Positions 50,301 through 57,393 of a stretch of DNA of 64,000 nucleotides are shown piece by piece. This DNA is from Candidatus Nomurabacteria bacterium (lineage in GTDB: Bacteria; Patescibacteriota; Minisyncoccia; Phycocordibacterales; UBA9973). Position 1 is the first letter of the stretch; every line of letters begins with the position of its first letter. The stretch lies in NCBI GenBank assembly GCA_026395965.1, contig JAPLXS010000012.1:115977-179976 (forward strand), read 5' to 3'. The notes under the pieces were generated by a model. That model searched no databases. It saw only the letters and a program-made list of their open reading frames with translations, and had not been told where the DNA came from. Made by a program: the position numbers and the translations under genes.

Positions 50301-50409
50301 CAATAAAAAGATTTCCTAATGCTAATGCATCATTTTTTGCTCCACTTAAGTCTCGTATTGATGGATCTTTGTATTTATCTACTCCAATGAATTTAGCTAT
50401 TATTGCCAT
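47392..50409 (-). CDS. Caspase-like (peptidase C14/CHAT-like) domain fused to a Ski2/Hel308-like SF2 helicase; candidate defence protein
   Basis: Caspase His in IIFFYSGHG (~aa 82) and Cys in CILDCCFSGG (~aa 127). Helicase motif I VLVIAPTSSGKT (~308), motif II VVLDEAQF (~410), motif III SAV, motif VI NMAGRAGRVG. 1005 aa. Confidence 0.75.
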   Translation of the reverse strand: MAIIAKFIGVDKYKDPSIRDLSGAKNDALALGNLFIDTLDKEIIGEIITGTNANIYNIKKALEESLSIATQNDTIIFFYSGHGSKDHRITGFDTEIINIEKTTFPMQGIADLFKQSKAKNILCILDCCFSGGAPAKVLEDSPIPRNIGNPLDSLSGEGRFIIAASNFDEPSYELPSTGHGILTKALIDILTLSKDETINMLSAMGDIMDIVRAEASRIGVIQTPVLLNHVTGGLTLPKLIPGKNYFNAFPQKRGVKISNKIEELNKFGIPEELTKEWGQLFKNGLNDLQLEAINEYRILENESVLVIAPTSSGKTFVGELASAKAVSMGKKSVFLFPYKALVNEKYDQFIDLYQNKLGYRVIRCTGDYLDQNNEFIKGKYDIALFTYEMFLNLSISLPSVLNQIGLVVLDEAQFITDLNRGISVELLLTNLIAVRTRGVNPQLVILSAVIGDSNNFEDWLGCRKLLTTKRPIPLIEGVMGRNGQFKYLSENGEIKMEQLVPYHEIVQRKDKPSQQDMIVPLVKSLVEKGEKIIIFRNQKGLTEGAANYLATDIGLPPALDEVNMLPRYASSSTSSKLRTCFEGGTAFHNSNLSREERRIVERVFRDTNSKIKVLVATTTVAAGINTPASTAILAEQEFVGENGRIFTIAEYKNMAGRAGRVGFNEKGKAIILADNGSSPDFLFNKYVLGKPEPLISSFDISDLDTWVIKLLVQVKDVHKNDLFNLLANTYGGYVANKKDPEWEKKMRQELENLYNEMVRLGIAEEENGLVHLTILGKVCGESVLSFRSALRLVELLKDYKNPSLSANELMAIVQILPESDNTYTPMFKKGTSESKRPREASQRFGPEIVRLLQRFTNGDEFKYYARCKKASVLFDWINGIPTPDIEETFKSNNPYMGNIAYGNIRTFADFTRFQLRSVHKIATIIFPGEMLEDKIFEDLLKSLETGIPSECFGLLNINIEMSREEYLALVKAGIKTKEQLLITPKDKIKEILESTSYKLIEAIIK

Positions 50410-50500
50410 AATAAATAAATATTAGCACTAATAGCTATTAGATGATAGTTATAATAACAAAAAACATATTTTCATATATGCTTCTCGTGCTAGCACGTGA

Positions 50501-50575
50501 TGGTGACCCTACCGGGAATCGAACCCGGATTACCGGCTTGAAAAGCCGATGTCCTAACCGTTAGACGATAAGGCC
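50501..50575 (-). tRNA. tRNA-Glu (anticodon TTC), CCA encoded
   Basis: Reverse complement GGCCTTA-TC-GTCT-AACGGTTAG-GACA-TCGGC-TTTTCAA-GCCGG-TAAT-CCGGG-TTCGATT-CCCGG-TAGGGTC-A-CCA. Confidence 0.85.
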
Positions 50576-50609
50576 AATATTAAAACATTCTTTTAAAATG
50601 CAAATAACT

Positions 50610-50668
50610 TTACTGTACGGCTTTTACGCCGATGTCCGCTGTATCTAACTTGGTTAGACAACAAGGCC
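50610..50668 (-). pseudogene. Degenerate tRNA-Glu-like 5' fragment (no T-arm or acceptor 3' strand)
   Basis: Reverse complement GGCCTTGTTGTCTAACCAAGTTAGATACAGCGGACATCGGCGTAAAAGCCG aligns with the 5' half of the adjacent tRNA-Glu (GGCCTTATCGTCTAACGGTTAGGACATCGGC...). Confidence 0.55.
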
Positions 50669-50762
50669 AATAAATACCGAATCAGTATAGCATTTTTATC
50701 AAAAAAATCAAATATTCAATATTTTTTACTTATAATATATAAGTATTTTAATATCATTAAAC

Positions 50763-50792
50763 TTGACAAATAGGCGTAGTATGTGATATAAT
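50763..50792 (+). promoter_or_regulatory. Consensus sigma70-type promoter (TTGACA, 18 nt, TATAAT) upstream of the 50956 gene
   Basis: cTTGACAaataggcgtagtatgtgaTATAATa. Confidence 0.5.
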
Positions 50793-50955
50793 ACAAGATA
50801 GATAAGTAGTTTTTTGACAAAATATTGTTATTTATATTGGTTTGTCCATTTTAGTGGTCAATCACCCTTTATGTATGCCATTTACTATTAAAATGGATAA
50901 ACCAATAACTAATTAATAACAAAAATAAAAAAAACAGCCATGGAGGGCTGACAAA

Positions 50956-51906
50956 ATGAAAAAAAATCAAGTAATACCAAACACTAAGACACCAACTGTG
51001 GTCTATTTAATTCTATTAATGATAATATTAATATTCGGCACAATTTTTTATTCCTTATTTGGAATATGGGGGATAATTATTTTCTTTATTATTTTAGCGT
51101 ACTTTACGTCACTATTTTTAGAAGATGATATTCCTATGTTCCATGCACTAATAATGAGAGGTGGCACAGGAAAAATGCGAGTACTATTTCCAGGAGTTTT
51201 TAATTTTAAATTACCCTGGGAACAAGCACACGAAGAAAACGGTGCTAAGAAATACATCGATCTTAGGGTTGAAACTGGTGAAATATGTAATGATACATAT
51301 CCATCAAAAGACACCTTAATGAAAACACAATATGTGTATTCATTAAGACCTGATCTTAGAAAAAGTAATAACGGAACTATTGAAGAAAATATTATAAAAT
51401 TTTCTTCATTTGAGATTTCTGCAATTAGAGAGAAGGCTAAAGCATTATTTTCAATGTTACTTTCTGATTGGTATGCGAACAAGAGTGGTGATGATTTAAA
51501 AAATAAATCATTAATCAACAAAAAACTTTTTGGAACAAAAGACAAGCCATCTAATGCTGTCACCGAATTTGAAAAAGAACATGGCGTTGAAATTTCTGTT
51601 CGACTTGTCGACAGTGATTTTAATGACAATGTTCAAGAATACCGTGATAAAATCGCTGGTGCAAAAACCATCAATGAAATACGAAATATTTTAATGAAGG
51701 ACGACATTCACGAAGATGGAACTGTAGCAAAAGGAGTTAGTCCTGAAGTCGCAGATCAAATGATTAAATTTATGGAGTTTGGCAACTACTCAGAAAAAGT
51801 TGTAAATCTAAACATCAAAGCACCAGACCTTGGAAATCTACAAAATGTAAATTTATTAGGTGGAACAGGAATCACTGGTGATGAAAAAAAAGAAGGTAAA
51901 AAATGA
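50956..51906 (+). CDS. Membrane protein, possibly SPFH/band-7-like
   Basis: Two N-terminal TM helices, then ...IMRGGTGKMRVLFPGVFNFKLPW, which resembles the start of SPFH domains. Lys/Gly-rich tail. Confidence 0.35.
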   Translation: MKKNQVIPNTKTPTVVYLILLMIILIFGTIFYSLFGIWGIIIFFIILAYFTSLFLEDDIPMFHALIMRGGTGKMRVLFPGVFNFKLPWEQAHEENGAKKYIDLRVETGEICNDTYPSKDTLMKTQYVYSLRPDLRKSNNGTIEENIIKFSSFEISAIREKAKALFSMLLSDWYANKSGDDLKNKSLINKKLFGTKDKPSNAVTEFEKEHGVEISVRLVDSDFNDNVQEYRDKIAGAKTINEIRNILMKDDIHEDGTVAKGVSPEVADQMIKFMEFGNYSEKVVNLNIKAPDLGNLQNVNLLGGTGITGDEKKEGKK

Positions 51907-52364
51907 GTACAAATGAAAAAGTATCAGGCCGCACATTATTTAAATGGATAGCCTTAGGAATTGCAATTTTCTTATTTTTAATTGCAATTAGTACATTTAT
52001 TAAATCCTTTAAAACGGATTTATTTAATGGAAAAAATGAAACTGAATCAACTAATCAAAATGGTGTTAATTCTTCTAACCAAAATAATTATATTTGGGTT
52101 GAAAAAGATGTAAAATATATACCACTGAATAGCGAATTCGGGAATAAGTACAATCTCTTACATGGAGATGGATTTAGTTTTGAGAATTCTACTGTACCAT
52201 ATTGTGTGATTAATGGAAATAATCATTCTGAATGCGGTACAATTAATGAAGATTTATCTTCAAAATTTGGAAAAGAAATTGCTAATGATGAATTAAGATT
52301 CAAAAGCAATAACTCCCAAAATGGAATATTAAAACTAGTTATTTGGGAAAAAAAATTCAAATAA
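51903..52364 (+). CDS. Hypothetical membrane-anchored protein
   Basis: 153 aa with one N-terminal TM helix. Translationally coupled (ATGA) to the upstream gene. Confidence 0.4.
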   Translation: MSTNEKVSGRTLFKWIALGIAIFLFLIAISTFIKSFKTDLFNGKNETESTNQNGVNSSNQNNYIWVEKDVKYIPLNSEFGNKYNLLHGDGFSFENSTVPYCVINGNNHSECGTINEDLSSKFGKEIANDELRFKSNNSQNGILKLVIWEKKFK

Positions 52365-52422
52365 TAAATAAAACAAAACACGCTTCCAAATGGAAAGCGT
52401 GTTTTTATTTTGTTTAAATTAT

Positions 52423-52758
52423 CTATTGACCAATGGTTATATCGGTACTATTTACTTTGATATTGGTAACACCTAAAGTATTTAAAAGTATATTCATAAT
52501 CCCAAATACTGATATCATTATAAACATTCCAATGACTCCCCATATCATGAGTGATTTACTTGATTTTCGTATCTCTTCATTGTCTGGAGATAAAAGATAT
52601 CTAGTAAGCCCATAAAGGAAGTAAACAACAGCAAGAGCAAATAAAAGTACTATAAGAGGGTTTATAATAACCTTGTCTACTGCTTTCATTAGAGTTGCTA
52701 CACTTGCCTCTGCTGTTGGGATAATTCCAAAATTCATATAATTATTAACAATTTGCAC
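52423..52758 (-). CDS. T4SS-pilin-like small 2-TM protein (paralogue 1)
   Basis: 111 aa with a signal/TM helix, a short loop and a second TM helix. Paralogous to the next three genes (shared ...W(G)(V/L)I..F....SV/A...G motifs). Confidence 0.55.
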   Translation of the reverse strand: MQIVNNYMNFGIIPTAEASVATLMKAVDKVIINPLIVLLFALAVVYFLYGLTRYLLSPDNEEIRKSSKSLMIWGVIGMFIMISVFGIMNILLNTLGVTNIKVNSTDITIGQ

Positions 52759-53113
52759 CCATGTTGTTTTGAGAAGTAGGAATACAAGGTGTTATATTTT
52801 GACCTGTTACATTTCCTATTCCAAATGTATTTTTAACTACTGCAATAATTCCCCAGAAAGCTACGATAACAAACAAACCAATAAGACCATTTATGATCTT
52901 TGTACGGCCCATTTTCTTTGCTTCTTCATCAGATGAAGTCATAAATGAGATAACTCCCCAGATAAAGTAAACAACAGCTACAGTTATAAGTGCAGGAACG
53001 ATGTAGTTTAAGTAACCTACAAGCTGTGCGATAATACCACCTATTTGATCTGCTGCAAAAGCCATAAAAGGAACTGAACTCAAAACCAAACCAAAAGAAA
53101 TAATTTTTTTCAT
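52745..53113 (-). CDS. T4SS-pilin-like small 2-TM protein (paralogue 2)
   Basis: 122 aa. Signal peptide MKKIISFGLVLSSVPFMAFA followed by two TM helices, as in the TrbC/VirB2-type pilin topology. Confidence 0.55.
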   Translation of the reverse strand: MKKIISFGLVLSSVPFMAFAADQIGGIIAQLVGYLNYIVPALITVAVVYFIWGVISFMTSSDEEAKKMGRTKIINGLIGLFVIVAFWGIIAVVKNTFGIGNVTGQNITPCIPTSQNNMGANC

Positions 53114-53256
53114 ATTTTTAAAAACTAATTTTAAATCTAATAAACTTTAATAATATAACAATACTTTGTTAAATCCTATCGACATAGGAAATAAAAAATC
53201 AAATGTATAATTGTATTATATCAACAAGACGTGATATACACAATATTTTACTACTC

Positions 53257-53601
53257 TTACTGTGGAAGATTTGGAATAACAGCACTACCTCCGGGTATGA
53301 ATGTTGAAGACAATATTCCCACCAATCCCCAAATACTTACCATTACAAACAAAGTAATCAATCCCCATATCATATAACTCTTTCCAGCTTTTCTCTTTTC
53401 TTCATTCTCTGGATTTAGGAAAAATTGAATAATCCCATAGATGAAAGCTGTGACAGCTAAAGACATCAAAAGAGGTACCACTGCATTCATGAGTGTACAG
53501 GTAAAGTAATTTATAAAACTTGTTAGGTTTGTGATTCCTCCCCCACAAGATATACCTGCTACACTATTTGTACTTGCTGCATAAGCAATCATTGTATTCA
53601 T
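53257..53601 (-). CDS. T4SS-pilin-like small 2-TM protein (paralogue 3)
   Basis: 114 aa with the same architecture. Confidence 0.55.
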   Translation of the reverse strand: MNTMIAYAASTNSVAGISCGGGITNLTSFINYFTCTLMNAVVPLLMSLAVTAFIYGIIQFFLNPENEEKRKAGKSYMIWGLITLFVMVSIWGLVGILSSTFIPGGSAVIPNLPQ

Positions 53602-53610
53602 ATAATTATA

Positions 53611-54102
53611 CTATGCTGAACTTTTAATTTCGTCGACCGTTTTACCAATAGCATTTGCTATTACAAATGCGCCAAGCAGAAGTGCGGCACCTATCAGGGT
53701 ATACATCAGGGCATTTTTTGCTTTTGAAATTTCTTCGGGGTTACCTTGAGCTTTCACAAAAAGGAATCCTGTATAAATGATAGCAAGGACAACGATAGGT
53801 ATTCCAACAATAAGAACAATGTTTATAACTGCTTCAATAAACTTTGGTATAGAATCTATATTCTTACCTAATGGATTTGTGATTGTATTTTTAATACCTG
53901 TTATATTTGCTGATCCTGTTTCACTACCAACTTGCCCTCCTGGACCACCACCAACTTGCCCTCCTGGACCACTTTCTACTCCTCCAAGAGCCCAAACTTT
54001 AGGTATTATTAATATAAATGCAAATACAAAAACAAAACTATACTTTAAAATATTTGATAAAATGCTATATTTTTTTTTCTTAAAAATTTTCATATGATTC
54101 AT
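53611..54102 (-). CDS. T4SS-pilin-like 2-TM protein with a Gly-rich tandem repeat (paralogue 4)
   Basis: 163 aa. GPGGQVGGGPGGQVG is encoded by a 21-nt direct DNA repeat at ~53930-53985. Same two-TM topology. Confidence 0.55.
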   Translation of the reverse strand: MNHMKIFKKKKYSILSNILKYSFVFVFAFILIIPKVWALGGVESGPGGQVGGGPGGQVGSETGSANITGIKNTITNPLGKNIDSIPKFIEAVINIVLIVGIPIVVLAIIYTGFLFVKAQGNPEEISKAKNALMYTLIGAALLLGAFVIANAIGKTVDEIKSSA

Positions 54103-54135
54103 TAAAAAATGCTGTGCATAATTTATTATTAATAA

Positions 54136-55464
54136 TTAACCCAAAAATGTAGGACCAGTAAAACCTAAGCTGAAAAGAATAGTCTTTACTATAAGCCAAG
54201 CAGCTAGAGCTATAACATATCCAATGACTGCATTTTTCAATATCTCCTTTGCGTGTTTTATATTTTCAGAACTTCCCATATCACTAAGATACAACCATCC
54301 GACATAGATTATAATAAGTGCAAACAATGGAGTAGCAAGTGTAACAAGTAAGAAATTAATAACTTTATTGATTATTGCTATTACCATATTAAAATCACAA
54401 GCATTTGAATAAACTCCATTTACAATATTGCCAGTATTACATTCGGGGACTAAACCATGCCATTTTACTGAACTAGAAGAATTACTAATACTACCAGAAC
54501 CTGTATTAGAAGTACCATTTTGATTATTGTTATCGGTACCAGTACCAGACCCTGAAGCAGAAATTACTTTAAATGGTGTGTCACTAAGTGCTGTGGTACC
54601 ATCTATCATCAAAAGAGATACAACTCCAGTGGTAGCACCAGCTGGTACATTGACTGTTATCTCTGTGGGAATACTAGTCTTAGTAATTGCTTTTTTAGTG
54701 TTAAAAAATACATTATTTAAACCTGTTGATCCAGTAAGATATTCCCCTGAAATAGTCACAAGATCTCCTACTTTTCCTTCTTTAGGAGAAATATCAAATA
54801 TTTTTGAAAAATTACCAGTGCTCGCATCTGTTGTAATCTTAAAGTTAATATCACTAATAGCAGGTGTATCACTACTTGTTGTTACGGTAATAACTCCATC
54901 ATTTGCACCAGATGGTACTTTGACTATTATTTGTGTATCGCTACTACTTACTACTTCTCCTTTTTTTGAAAAAGGAAAATATACATTTTGTAAAGTATTA
55001 AAATTTGATCCTTTTATAGTGACGACATCACCCACTTTGCCTTTTATAGGAGACACACTTGTTATTTTGGGAATTGTATTTGTACTGGATCCTTGAGTTA
55101 AATCTGAGTTTGCTGTAGATGTATCACCGACAGTAAAGTCAATAACTCCTATTTCAGTAGAACTATTGTTTGAATAATCCAATACATAACCTTGGTATTT
55201 TGCACCAGTTATCAAAGAATCAAATGTATGTTCAGCGATTCCACTGCTGTCTGTTTTTACTCCGATAACAATATTGTCTAAATTAGATCCAATTTTTCTA
55301 ACACCAAGACCGATTGATTTTGAAAACAAACCACTGTCTACATTTAGGGTTACAGAATTGGACTGAGGGTTTTTTATTTTAATAACAACATTTGCATAAG
55401 CACTATTTATATTTAAACATAGTAATGCTAAGAAAAAAATATATCCGAAAAGTTTTTTATTCAT
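54136..55464 (-). CDS. Secreted protein with three IPT/TIG repeats fused to a C-terminal pilin-like 2-TM domain
   Basis: Signal peptide. Three repeats of the pattern ITSVSPIKGKVGDVVTIKGSNF / ISPKEGKVGDLVTISGEYL. The C-terminal ~90 aa resemble the neighbouring pilin-like proteins. Confidence 0.55.
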   Translation of the reverse strand: MNKKLFGYIFFLALLCLNINSAYANVVIKIKNPQSNSVTLNVDSGLFSKSIGLGVRKIGSNLDNIVIGVKTDSSGIAEHTFDSLITGAKYQGYVLDYSNNSSTEIGVIDFTVGDTSTANSDLTQGSSTNTIPKITSVSPIKGKVGDVVTIKGSNFNTLQNVYFPFSKKGEVVSSSDTQIIVKVPSGANDGVITVTTSSDTPAISDINFKITTDASTGNFSKIFDISPKEGKVGDLVTISGEYLTGSTGLNNVFFNTKKAITKTSIPTEITVNVPAGATTGVVSLLMIDGTTALSDTPFKVISASGSGTGTDNNNQNGTSNTGSGSISNSSSSVKWHGLVPECNTGNIVNGVYSNACDFNMVIAIINKVINFLLVTLATPLFALIIIYVGWLYLSDMGSSENIKHAKEILKNAVIGYVIALAAWLIVKTILFSLGFTGPTFLG

Positions 55465-55468
55465 CTTA

Positions 55469-56791
55469 TTATTTTAACAAAAGATCAAGTTGTCCTTGAG
55501 CTTTATTTATGGATTCACTTAATGATAATCTATTTGATAAAATATTTTCTACCATTTCTCCAAAAATTAAATCAGTTTTTGCTCTATCTGGATCAAGCCA
55601 TGATCTTGATATAAGCGCTGAGCTAAAAAATGTTGAAAGAAAATTGGATCCTTGGCCTGTTGGTTTTTCAGAGACAAGTAATGCTTTAGATGCGGGAGGC
55701 AGTGATGTTTCTACAGAAATACTTTTTGCACTTTCTCCTTGACTTAGCTCCCCTGCTATTTGAAATGCTGAAGTAATGTTTGTAGATTTTTTACTTACAA
55801 CAATAGCGTATATTTCTCCGAGAGTACGCTTTTTGGGAGTATCTTTCATTTGTGGAATTTGTGTTACATCAAAACTCAAATTATAATTTACATTTTGAAT
55901 ATTAAACAATTCACTTGCACGTCCTATATAAAATGCACTTTTGCTTTGAGTAAACATATCCACAGAATTAGGCAATGACCTATTCCAAGAATAAGCTGTA
56001 TCTGTTGGGTTTGAAAATTCAACAAAAAACTTTAGTATTGCCTCTATTGGAGCAACAATAGAATTTGAATTATTGTCGGTTAACACAGAACTAAAACCAA
56101 GATCAGTTCTTTTGACTATAGGATTATCATTTTGAACAAGCAAAGTTGCTAGTATATCTTTTGCATTATTTATATTGGTATACTGACCAAGAGCAATCAT
56201 ACTCTGGCTTATAGCCCCAGCATTATCTCTTTTAGTCAAAACAGGATTCATGGTGAAAAATTGATCCCAACTTAAATACGAAGATGGATCAATGATTATA
56301 TTTTCATTTGTTAAGATATCTTTGTTGTAATACAAAACCATCGGGTCTACAATCAACGGCATACCAATAACCCCTGCTTTATCTAGATAAATATTTGCAC
56401 CATCTATAAATGTATCAGTAAATGTTTTTTCTGGATAACTTGCATAGGGTATTTTATAAATAAAATTATCATTCTTTTTAATCATATCTGTAGTTATTAT
56501 AAAAAGATCAGGACCTACTCCGTTTGCAAATGCTTCTATCAAATCCTGTTGGTAAGTAACTTGATTTTGTTTTCTATATATTACACTTACATTTTTATTT
56601 GCTGCACTTATAGCATCTATTGAGTTTTTGAAAACAGAATTTTGAAAAGTTCCCCAAACAACAACTTTGCCTTGAGCTTGATTAGTACTACTTGATGTAC
56701 CACCTATATTTATAGCTCCAGAAAATATCAAAACAGCAAACACAAAGAAGGATACAAAAATTGCTACAAAAATTGTCTGAAAATTATTCAT
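55469..56791 (-). CDS. Extracellular solute-binding protein (ABC transporter SBP family 1-like)
   Basis: 440 aa with an N-terminal TM/signal anchor. The overall periplasmic-binding-protein-like pattern (GKVVVWGTF...) is typical of sugar SBPs. Confidence 0.5.
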   Translation of the reverse strand: MNNFQTIFVAIFVSFFVFAVLIFSGAINIGGTSSSTNQAQGKVVVWGTFQNSVFKNSIDAISAANKNVSVIYRKQNQVTYQQDLIEAFANGVGPDLFIITTDMIKKNDNFIYKIPYASYPEKTFTDTFIDGANIYLDKAGVIGMPLIVDPMVLYYNKDILTNENIIIDPSSYLSWDQFFTMNPVLTKRDNAGAISQSMIALGQYTNINNAKDILATLLVQNDNPIVKRTDLGFSSVLTDNNSNSIVAPIEAILKFFVEFSNPTDTAYSWNRSLPNSVDMFTQSKSAFYIGRASELFNIQNVNYNLSFDVTQIPQMKDTPKKRTLGEIYAIVVSKKSTNITSAFQIAGELSQGESAKSISVETSLPPASKALLVSEKPTGQGSNFLSTFFSSALISRSWLDPDRAKTDLIFGEMVENILSNRLSLSESINKAQGQLDLLLK

Positions 56792-57311
56792 ATCTAAAAA
56801 TTATACCATAATGATGGTCACTTATAGCAATACTTTCTTCAAATTTAAAACCTCTTTTTTCAAATAATTCTTTTGCTAAACTTTGGTTTATAATATGTTT
56901 AAAATCTGGACCCATACCTTTAAATGAATCACTCCATTCTATAAATAAAACCTTGCCATCTGTCTTCAAAACTCGACGTGCTTCATCTATAACCCCAATC
57001 CTGTCTTCTGCTTGAAATAAAACATTTGAAATAATAACAGTATTTACAGAGTGATCAGATATCTTGGTACCATTATAAGTTTCTATATTACCCCAAATAC
57101 ATTCTATATTTGAAATTCCCCAATCATTTATTTCGCTTTCAAGTTTTTTTACTAAATCTTTTTGTACTTCTATCGCATACACTTTACCAGAATACCCAAC
57201 ACGCATACTACATGCCCTAGAATAGAAACCAGTACCTGCACCAAAGTCTGCAACTCGCATGCCTTCTTTTAGGCCTAAGTGTAAGATATTTTTTTCTGGT
57301 TTAGTAAACAT
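56784..57311 (-). CDS. Class I SAM-dependent methyltransferase
   Basis: VADFGAGTGFYS (motif I) and VLKTDGKVLFIEW (motif post-II). Confidence 0.7.
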   Translation of the reverse strand: MFTKPEKNILHLGLKEGMRVADFGAGTGFYSRACSMRVGYSGKVYAIEVQKDLVKKLESEINDWGISNIECIWGNIETYNGTKISDHSVNTVIISNVLFQAEDRIGVIDEARRVLKTDGKVLFIEWSDSFKGMGPDFKHIINQSLAKELFEKRGFKFEESIAISDHHYGIIFRYE

Positions 57312-57393
57312 ACTGATATATTATACTCCCAATTTATATAACATCAAAGTATTTTAATCAAAAATATTTTGATGTAGCTATAAAAATTAAATA

